Source of the DNA: a bacterium
GTDB taxonomy: Bacteria; Verrucomicrobiota; Kiritimatiellia; CAIKKV01; CAITUY01
DNA: 28,500 nucleotides
Assembly: GCA_037128375.1 (NCBI GenBank)
Contig: JBAXWO010000001.1
Span: forward strand, 1 to 28,500
Direction of reading: 5' to 3'
Below the pieces are notes generated by a model that did no database searches, had not been told where the DNA came from, and saw nothing but the letters and a program-made list of their open reading frames with translations. Of the stretch, positions 17,108 to 24,571 are shown in pieces. How positions within the stretch are numbered: position 1 is the stretch's first letter; every line of letters begins with the position of its first letter. The translations under genes and the position numbers were made by a program.

Positions 17108-19987
17108 TCACGGTTTGGCTGTCGCCGAAGCCACTGGAGCAGGGGTCGTCAGCGCCTGATTCGAATCCATCTCGGGATTCCGAATGGTGCGCCCTGCCGG
17201 GTCTACCAGCTTGGCCGATACGAAGATCAGAAGGTTCTTTTTGACGCTCTGCTCTGTCTTGCTCCGGAACAGGGCTCCCAGAAGCGGAATGTCGCCCAGA
17301 ACGGGAATCTTGTCATTGACCTTCCTCAGGTCTTCCGTGATCAATCCGCCCATGACCACTGTCGCCCCGTCGTAGATCGAAATCTGCGTGCTTAACGACC
17401 TCACATGGAAGAACGGTTGCGGCATGTTCAGAACCGACTCGGACCCATCCGCCCGGCGGATCGTCGATCCGTACTGGTACCACGTCGGCTCGGTAACGAC
17501 CTGCGGGGTCATCGTCAGGTTGATCATGTTGCCATCAGGGCTGACCTCAGGCAGGACCGTCAGGATCACGCCCACTTCACGGGTGGCGAAATCCTGCGGC
17601 ACCACTGTCGTTTCCTGAATGGTCTGCGCCTGGTTGGCATTCGCCGCACCCTGCAGCGACCCGCCCTGCACTTCGAACGAGGTCGGATAGATAAACTCCG
17701 TCACGACCCGAATCGTCGCCTCTGCGCCGGACCGGGTTGTCACCTTGGGAGCCGAAAGCAGATCGGCGTTTCCGTTCTGCTGGAGCATATGCAACACCAT
17801 GGTCAACTCGGGATTCGTGAGCACGCTCGATATCGATAACACCTTGCCCATGTTCCCCTGCCCCCCGGCCAATCCGTCGGCAACACCATTACCGCTCATG
17901 CCCCAGAAGCGATTTCCTTTGGTAAAACCGCCCTCGGAGGCGTTGGCATTCATCTGGACGCGCTCGGTCGATCCGAGCGGCGCGTAGGCACCGCCCTTCT
18001 TGCTGGCCATCTCCCAGGCATCGTTCAGCAGCCACTCCAGACCGAACTCCTGGAGGTCGGTCTCATTGACCTCGACAAAACGGGCCTCGATTTCGACCTG
18101 CTTCGGCACGACATTCAGCTCAGGCAGAATCCGCTCGAATACGGCCAGGTTTTCAGCCGTGTTGCCGACAATGACCTTCCCGATCGCCGAGTTGTAAGTG
18201 ATGGAGGAACCCTTCGGGAACTTCACACCCATTTTCTCGAAATAGTCCTTTAGTTCAGGAACCGTGTTCCCGATGGCATCGGTGGTCAGATTCTTTTGCT
18301 CGCGTCCGCCAAATGTCTCGGTTGTGGGCATCGCGGACCCCGCCTCTCGAATGCGCTCAACAAACGTGGGCTCGACAGAATACATCCGCACTTCGATTTC
18401 GGACGGATCGAAATCGGACGGAACAATCATCACGATGTTGCCGTCGACACGCCACTTGAGGCCCGACACCGAGGTGATGATTTTCAGCGCGGAAAGCAGG
18501 GTGATGTAGCGGGCGGTAAAGGTGATTTCATAGTTTTTTCCACCGCCACCACCGCCACCCGCCGGCGCAGCCTCACCAAAGACATTGTCGGCGGAAGGGG
18601 CGGCGGCTGCCGGCGCGGCCCCGGCGGTGCCACCCAGATTCAGGATGATATTCACGCCTTTCTTGGTCGGATCCTGCTCGAGCTTGTCCCCATCCACGCT
18701 GGCCTTGTTCAGAAACTCTACCACGTCGTGAATATTCGCCTGGCGAAACTCAACTTCAGGGATGGTAATGCGCCCCATCTTGTCGAGAATGCTCTTGGTG
18801 CCGGTCGTCTCGACAGTATTCGTCGGCCCTGTTTCGGTCTTTCCCTTAATCATCCTGTACTGGGGATTCCAGGTTGCCTTGACCTGTGCAGTCATCTTGG
18901 CGGCCGTGGCGTTGCGCTCGACGGACTCGGACACGTACTTGCGCTCGCCCAGTTCCTTCAAATAACGCATCGCCTCACGATTTCCGGGATCAAGGGCCAG
19001 CACGGATTCGAAACTAGCGCGCGCCTTCTCGTACTCGCGGTTCGCCATCTGCCGCTTGCCCGCGAGCATCTGGTCCGACGTCCCCAGCTTCTTGGCAACC
19101 GGTTCATTGCCCTGTTTCTCCCCGGCCTTCTCCTCCTGGACATCGATTTGGAGTTTTGCGACCAACTTGGCGATGGACCTGTTGTCGGGATGCCGATTCG
19201 CCGCTTCCTTACCCTTGCTCAGCGCTTCCCCTTTCTTCCCCTGCTTGACGAGACCGAGAATGACTTGGTACTCGCACTCCGGAATGCGATCGGTGGCACG
19301 CTTACGGACCGCCGTATTGGGCCCGGTGGCGGGCAGTTTTTCGACGATGCTGCGGTAATGGGTCAAGGCCAGAAGGTAATCGCCTGCCTTCCAAGCCCGC
19401 TCGGCCAGATCGATGCTCTTGCGGCCTTCCAACTCACGCGCCTGACGACGCACTTCCTCTAATTGGGCCAACTGCTTCCCCAGTTCCGTGCGCGCCCCTG
19501 TCCCCAATTGCTTGACGGCCTCTGCGGGCCCACTGGGATTCGGAGTTTCCACCGTGGCTCCGATGCCTGCTGCGGGACTCGAAACCGGAGCGACTGGAGC
19601 CGTCCCAATCCCTGGCTCCGCGACGCGCTCAGCCTCCAAAGCGGGAGATTCTGCGGCGGGCTTCACGGCAGGAACGACATCCTGTTTTACTTCCGGAACC
19701 GGCGCCAACTCGTCTGTCAGGACTTCCGCTTTCGGCGCGATCACGGGAGCCGCAACCGCCTCGACCGTTTCAGCCACCACCGGAGGCGGCGCTTCCTTCG
19801 CGACGACGGGCTCGGGCGCCTCAGGCGCCACTACACCGGACTCCTGCGCCACAGGCTGATTGGTTTCAGCAGGCGTCTTCATCTCCTGCTTCAGTTCCTC
19901 AACCATCGCTTCCTGAGCGAAAGCAGTCGCTCCGCCGGTCAACAACATAAGCGCCAGCAAAACAGATATCACGCCGTGCAATCTCAT
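17108..19987 (-). CDS. Outer-membrane secretin, PilQ/GspD-like (Amuc_1098-type), with signal peptide, disordered linker and TPR repeats
   Basis: Start at ATG 19987 with SD AAGGAG. Signal peptide MRLHGVISVLLALMLLTGGATAFA; TPR-like helices; N domain (GSSITYN..KVIVGNT.ENL); secretin core PKQVEIEARFVEV, DLLSAPKVTT, REVGVILTVLP, KIPVLGDIPLLGALFRS, KKNLLIFVSA. Confidence 0.92.
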   Translation of the reverse strand: MRLHGVISVLLALMLLTGGATAFAQEAMVEELKQEMKTPAETNQPVAQESGVVAPEAPEPVVAKEAPPPVVAETVEAVAAPVIAPKAEVLTDELAPVPEVKQDVVPAVKPAAESPALEAERVAEPGIGTAPVAPVSSPAAGIGATVETPNPSGPAEAVKQLGTGARTELGKQLAQLEEVRRQARELEGRKSIDLAERAWKAGDYLLALTHYRSIVEKLPATGPNTAVRKRATDRIPECEYQVILGLVKQGKKGEALSKGKEAANRHPDNRSIAKLVAKLQIDVQEEKAGEKQGNEPVAKKLGTSDQMLAGKRQMANREYEKARASFESVLALDPGNREAMRYLKELGERKYVSESVERNATAAKMTAQVKATWNPQYRMIKGKTETGPTNTVETTGTKSILDKMGRITIPEVEFRQANIHDVVEFLNKASVDGDKLEQDPTKKGVNIILNLGGTAGAAPAAAAPSADNVFGEAAPAGGGGGGGKNYEITFTARYITLLSALKIITSVSGLKWRVDGNIVMIVPSDFDPSEIEVRMYSVEPTFVERIREAGSAMPTTETFGGREQKNLTTDAIGNTVPELKDYFEKMGVKFPKGSSITYNSAIGKVIVGNTAENLAVFERILPELNVVPKQVEIEARFVEVNETDLQEFGLEWLLNDAWEMASKKGGAYAPLGSTERVQMNANASEGGFTKGNRFWGMSGNGVADGLAGGQGNMGKVLSISSVLTNPELTMVLHMLQQNGNADLLSAPKVTTRSGAEATIRVVTEFIYPTSFEVQGGSLQGAANANQAQTIQETTVVPQDFATREVGVILTVLPEVSPDGNMINLTMTPQVVTEPTWYQYGSTIRRADGSESVLNMPQPFFHVRSLSTQISIYDGATVVMGGLITEDLRKVNDKIPVLGDIPLLGALFRSKTEQSVKKNLLIFVSAKLVDPAGRTIRNPEMDSNQALTTPAPVASATAKP

Positions 19988-20039
19988 ATCGCGTATCTCC
20001 TTAAGAACGCTCGCCTTACTAAGGATCCTTCGGCCCGCG

Positions 20040-21035
20040 TCAGGGCCGAGGAACCTGCAACGGTTCCGGCAACTGGCCACCAATCCAGACATCCATATCA
20101 CGTGAAGTGTCGTGTATTAATACACGGGGCCCATCCCTGTCAACTTTTTTGACTTTGTACTGGGCGCCTTTCACCGTGAACTCTTCGTCCACCCTGACGG
20201 GGGGAAGGTTGGATCCATCGAGCTGGGAGTACAGAATAACGGAATACTCATCGCGGGGAACCGCCCGCCCTTTGATGAGCGGAATCTTCTTGTCGCCGCG
20301 CTGGAGGGTCAATTCAGGGCCCTCTGGACTCTTTTCGTCGTAGGAGATCAATTCAAATCCCTCAATCTTTTCCCCCAGCGACTTCCACCAAGTCCGGTCT
20401 CCCGACCGCAGATTGATCTGAAAGAGTCTCTTATCGTCGGATACCCGGTTGACGCTCATAAACACGAGCCGAAAGGAAATCGGCCTGATGCCCTGCACCG
20501 TGATCTTAGCCAGGGGGGGGGGATGGTTGCTCGGATCGTTGGGACTGGTCCGAAAATCGTACTCCTCGCGATTGGAGAAACCATCGCCGTCGGTATCCGC
20601 ACTGCCGATATCCACCTCCAAGGGGTTAAGATTGTTCCTCGTCAGCCATTCCTTGAATAAGTCCGGGGTATTCTCGGCAATCTGTTCGCTCTTGCAGAAG
20701 GAGCACGTAGTGGCGGCATAGGGGATCGGGCGCTCACAGTTGACGCACAGCACCCTCAATTCAGGAGCAAGCAACCGAAGGGGCCATTCGCCAATTTGCA
20801 CAGGCTCCGTCAACGCCAATCGGGAAAGCTGAAAAACAGTCCGGTCCATCGGCTGGGTCCGCGCATAGAGAGGTTTCAGGCGCAGCCTGCGGTCAAAATC
20901 ATCCTGTTTCTTTATATTCAACTGGGCTTGGACGGCCAGCATAAACAGCGCCACAACCAGAACAAGGAGCACCATGGCGGCGGCCAGCCGATCGTAGACC
21001 CTCCTCAACCATGCGATGACTCCAGCCGTCGTCAT
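20040..21035 (-). CDS. Amuc_1099-like pilus-system protein (N-terminal TM, zinc ribbon, Ca-binding DxDxDG loop)
   Basis: TM LAAAMVLLVLVVALFMLAV; CVNC-x10-CSFC; DTDGDGFSNREEY..TSPNDPSNHP; RLFQIN; lies between the Amuc_1100-like gene and the secretin. Family name assigned from motifs and synteny, from memory. Confidence 0.72.
   Translation of the reverse strand: MTTAGVIAWLRRVYDRLAAAMVLLVLVVALFMLAVQAQLNIKKQDDFDRRLRLKPLYARTQPMDRTVFQLSRLALTEPVQIGEWPLRLLAPELRVLCVNCERPIPYAATTCSFCKSEQIAENTPDLFKEWLTRNNLNPLEVDIGSADTDGDGFSNREEYDFRTSPNDPSNHPPPLAKITVQGIRPISFRLVFMSVNRVSDDKRLFQINLRSGDRTWWKSLGEKIEGFELISYDEKSPEGPELTLQRGDKKIPLIKGRAVPRDEYSVILYSQLDGSNLPPVRVDEEFTVKGAQYKVKKVDRDGPRVLIHDTSRDMDVWIGGQLPEPLQVPRP
20111..20143 (-). 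promoter_or_regulatory. Candidate internal promoter/operator for the secretin gene
   Basis: Perfect palindrome CGTGTATTAATACACG (20111-20126) and minus-strand TTGACA (20143-20138), inside the 3' end of the upstream CDS and about 125 bp upstream of the secretin ATG. Confidence 0.5.
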
Positions 21036-22048
21036 TTCGCCCCCTTCGCCTTCTCATCCATACCCGCGCCCCGCTTATTGACGAATTGGAGCACATCGAG
21101 TTCCATCTTGACCGTCAAAACCGGCTCGCGTCCGCATGCCACCCGCTGATCTCTGGGCACTAGGACCGCGCTCTCCTTACCCGCCTCGACCGATTTCGAA
21201 ACGACCTCCGCGGCTCCCTTGCGCGACGCACGCACCGCCACCAGGGACCGGTCGAACAGTTTGTTGTCGCCCACAATCTCAAGTCGGGTGACTACGGCAA
21301 AAACAGGACTGCGGGCCAGTCCATTCAGAACGCCGACCAACGCCGATTCCTTGACGGTAAACAACAGCACGAAATGCCATTTTCCGTACAATTGATCAGG
21401 GGCGATTTTTCCCGCATTGGCGGAGACGGCGTTCAAGAGCGTCGGAGCCGCTTCGGTTCGACGCCGTCCTGTCGCGGCAGGCTTGATCCCCGTACCGCTG
21501 ACGGCCTCAACCTCGAATTCCTCCCGGCCAATGCCCCGCAATTCCGAAATTCTGGCGGCATACAGAACCTCGCACAACGCCTGCGTAATTTTCAGCTGCT
21601 GGGTCAAACGGGGCACATCCTGGGGAGCCGGGAGATTACCCGCCAAGTGCCGACCGAAACCGAAATCGCAGTCATCCCCGCCCGCCAGGGTGACCCCCGC
21701 CTCCTTGGCCTTGGCCTTCAATTCCCGGCGCGCATCCCAGAATTCAGCCATGAACTTGGGCGGACTCTGGTCCACGGACTCGATCTGTCCGAGCCCCATG
21801 ACCGCCAGCAGTTCGGCCAGTTCCTCTCCCAACACCTTCAGGTTCTCCCGCTCCATGCGACAGTTTTCATCGGAAGGAAAGGGATTGCGCTTATGGAGCC
21901 GTTCCAAGTCACCGATCTTGCCTTGCTCCTCCGTTTCGACCCGGCGCAAGTCGATGAAACCCCGATAGACCAACACCACCGCCGTGATAAACATCAATCC
22001 GAGTATCACGGACAGGGTAATGATCAAAATATTTCGTCGCGAATGCAT
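21032..22048 (-). CDS. Amuc_1100-like (PilO-like) pilus-system membrane protein
   Basis: Single N-terminal TM, coiled coil, NPFPS..N motif, C-terminal alpha/beta domain (FTVKESAL..VLNGL...VVTRL); follows pilM/N, as pilO does. ATGA overlap with the next gene. Confidence 0.72.
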   Translation of the reverse strand: MHSRRNILIITLSVILGLMFITAVVLVYRGFIDLRRVETEEQGKIGDLERLHKRNPFPSDENCRMERENLKVLGEELAELLAVMGLGQIESVDQSPPKFMAEFWDARRELKAKAKEAGVTLAGGDDCDFGFGRHLAGNLPAPQDVPRLTQQLKITQALCEVLYAARISELRGIGREEFEVEAVSGTGIKPAATGRRRTEAAPTLLNAVSANAGKIAPDQLYGKWHFVLLFTVKESALVGVLNGLARSPVFAVVTRLEIVGDNKLFDRSLVAVRASRKGAAEVVSKSVEAGKESAVLVPRDQRVACGREPVLTVKMELDVLQFVNKRGAGMDEKAKGAK

Positions 22049-22067
22049 AAACTCTTTTTGCGCCCTC

Positions 22068-23732
22068 TCACTCTACAGCGGGATTGGCCGGTAACGGCGC
22101 AGCCGGTCTATCCCGCACAATAATGCTGATCGTAAACTCGTTCACGTAATCGGTTCCCGAGACCGGCTTGATCTTCTTGATTTGCACCTCGTCGGAAAAA
22201 TACCCCACGCCCTTCAGCGCCACCGCAAAATCGGTAATCGCCTGATGACTGACCTTATCGCTGAAACTCATGCCCTCGATCACCAGCCTCAGGCCGGGCG
22301 TCCCGTCTTCGACGTCCGGCCGCACCGAGGTCAACCACATCCCCTCAATCAGGCGGGAGTGAAGGTCGTTGATCATCGTCAACCAGCGTGTCCGCTGCCC
22401 GATCAGATCCGTCAGCGAGTCCACCTTTTCAAGGACCGCTCCTTTTTCCGCCGCCAGCTCGCCCAGGACGGTATTGGGCCTCTCCAGGGCCACCACACGC
22501 GCCTGCACCATGCCGAGCCGTACCGCCGCCATGGAACGCATCTGATGGAGGAACATCCAGAACACCAGCAGGATCAACGTCAGCCCCACCACCGTCAGCC
22601 CCAGGAACGGCAACCGCTTGCGAAATACCCGCCGTGCCACCAGCACGGGCGGTAACAGGTTGATCTCAACCGGACACGACAGCGTCCGACGCAACCCGAG
22701 ACCGACCGCTTCGCCTAACACATGCACACTCCCGGCGATCTTGTCGGCGGAAATATCCGCGCTCACCGTCACGCTCCGGAAGGGATTGAGGTAGTCCACC
22801 TCCATCTTCAATTTTTCCTTCAGAAACGTGTTGGCATGTGGAATAACGGAACACCCTCCGGACAACAGGACCAGCGTCGGCTGACTGCCGCCCTGCTGAC
22901 TGCGGTAGAAATTGATCGTACGCACCACTTCGGCGTGCAGACGCGTCATGACATTTCGCACAATCTTGGAGGTGCGGTCCGCCACCCCCACCTCGGAACC
23001 CTCGTACGTGCCGCCAAACCCCACAAACGCATGCGCCACTTTGAGCTGCTCCGCCTCTTCATAGGAGAGCTCGAACTCCTTCATCACGTCCTTGGTCACC
23101 GCCACGCCCGCCACGGGAATACTGCGACTGAAAATCCGGTTACCCTCCACAAAGACGACATTGGTGGACCGGGCGCCCATATCCAAGATCATGGTGCAAC
23201 CGGGCAGGTCGGGGTAGTTGTAACGCACCGTATTGTACAGGGCCAGCGGCGAGACATCCACCAGCACGGGGTCCAATCCCGCCGCCTCGACGCAATCGGT
23301 GAGATTCTTAACCAAATCCCCCTTCACCGCCACCAGCAGAACGCTCAGTTCCCCCGCTCCTTGTCCCACCAACTGGTAGTCCCACACGACTTCATCGATG
23401 GGAAACGGCACATTCTGCTGGGCCTCGTAGCGGACGATTTGAGCGATCTTGTCGGGAGTCACCGGCGGCAACTTGACATAACGCGGAAAAACCATCTGGC
23501 CGGATATCGACAAGGCTACCGGCCCCGGTCGGATGCCACTCTCCCGCAACGCATCACGAATCCCCGCGACGATGTAAGCGGAAGGATCAGGCGTGCTATC
23601 AATATCCACCCCCAGGGGGACTATGATATACTTCGAGAGCTCCAAGCCCTGAGGTTTGACAACCTTGAACTCAGCAAGCACGAGCTTGCTGGCCCCGATG
23701 TCGAGCGCTAGAACACGGTCTGATCCAAACAT
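22068..23732 (-). CDS. pilM: Type IV pilus assembly PilM-PilN fusion (Amuc_1101-like)
   Basis: Actin/FtsA-fold motifs LALDIG, EAQQNVPFPIDEVVWDY, ILDMGARST, INFYRSQQ, LLSGG. These are followed at residue 356 by the PilN N-terminal motif EINLLPP, a TM and a PilN-like domain (WLT...IEG). Confidence 0.9.
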   Translation of the reverse strand: MFGSDRVLALDIGASKLVLAEFKVVKPQGLELSKYIIVPLGVDIDSTPDPSAYIVAGIRDALRESGIRPGPVALSISGQMVFPRYVKLPPVTPDKIAQIVRYEAQQNVPFPIDEVVWDYQLVGQGAGELSVLLVAVKGDLVKNLTDCVEAAGLDPVLVDVSPLALYNTVRYNYPDLPGCTMILDMGARSTNVVFVEGNRIFSRSIPVAGVAVTKDVMKEFELSYEEAEQLKVAHAFVGFGGTYEGSEVGVADRTSKIVRNVMTRLHAEVVRTINFYRSQQGGSQPTLVLLSGGCSVIPHANTFLKEKLKMEVDYLNPFRSVTVSADISADKIAGSVHVLGEAVGLGLRRTLSCPVEINLLPPVLVARRVFRKRLPFLGLTVVGLTLILLVFWMFLHQMRSMAAVRLGMVQARVVALERPNTVLGELAAEKGAVLEKVDSLTDLIGQRTRWLTMINDLHSRLIEGMWLTSVRPDVEDGTPGLRLVIEGMSFSDKVSHQAITDFAVALKGVGYFSDEVQIKKIKPVSGTDYVNEFTISIIVRDRPAAPLPANPAVE

Positions 23733-23740
23733 AGGCGCGT

Positions 23741-24388
23741 CTACTTGGTGGCTTCGTAGTCGTCGACACTGATGAACGCAAACGGCGTTTGCGTCCGGTT
23801 CAAAATGGACCCGTCACGGGGAATCAGTTTGGGGCTTTTCCACCATTCCGGCGGCAAAGCCTGACGATCGGCCAGCTTACCCTCACTGACAGTTCCCGCC
23901 TCTTCCCCCTTAACGAATGCCTCGACGGCCACGGCGAGCACGTCGCCATAGCGCAACAGGGTGTTCGGCCGGATATAGGCCGAACTCCGGTGCCCGCGTC
24001 CGCGCGCCACATCGACATGCGTCACCAACCCCTTGAGCAGGGTGTATTCCTTGGTGGCGCGAGTGTACAACAGGGCATAGTACTGAAAGGAAACCTCATC
24101 GACCCATTCGGGGTCTGTGTCAAACTGCACGGTCAATTCAGCCCAGTCACGGGGCGCAGCCCGCCCACCTGAGGCCGAAGCGCTGTAAACCGGCGTACGC
24201 ACCAGTCCACGAGGCCCGTCTCCGGTCAGTTCGCGGAGGCGGATCACCGCACCCCCTGCTCCCGGACCGCCAATCGCCGGCTTCGGCTCCACGCGCGCCC
24301 GCGCCTGGGCACCGGCATCATGGACGCCCGATATCGCCAAAACAAGCACGGCAACCGCCATCGTCGACCAACCATTGATAGGATTCAT
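23741..24388 (-). CDS. Secreted protein, Amuc_1102-like, first gene of the pilus-like cluster
   Basis: SD AAGGAG; Sec-type signal (AVAVLVLAISGVHDAGA|Q); beta-rich body (WAELTVQFDT..EWVDEV.FQYY; SAYIRP..L.RYG; WWK). Assignment mainly by position. Confidence 0.65.
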   Translation of the reverse strand: MNPINGWSTMAVAVLVLAISGVHDAGAQARARVEPKPAIGGPGAGGAVIRLRELTGDGPRGLVRTPVYSASASGGRAAPRDWAELTVQFDTDPEWVDEVSFQYYALLYTRATKEYTLLKGLVTHVDVARGRGHRSSAYIRPNTLLRYGDVLAVAVEAFVKGEEAGTVSEGKLADRQALPPEWWKSPKLIPRDGSILNRTQTPFAFISVDDYEATK

Positions 24389-24443
24389 CGGAGCGCTCCT
24401 TGCCGAATATAAGCGGAGAAAGGCAACTCATTCCAATCTATGT

Positions 24444-24475
24444 CCGCAGTATAGAGATCAACCTAACGAAAGCAA
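24444..24475 (-). promoter_or_regulatory. Candidate sigma70 promoter of the pilus-like operon
   Basis: Minus strand T-rich UP-like tract, TTGCTT (24475-24470), 16 bp, TATACT (24453-24448), followed by GCGG. Confidence 0.6.
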
Positions 24476-24571
24476 AACAAAAATCAGGCCGATTGGGACG
24501 GCACCCCCACCACCGTGAAAAACACCCATGAAGAGCCAAAATATCCATTCGCTTATCCGACAAGATCCCCG

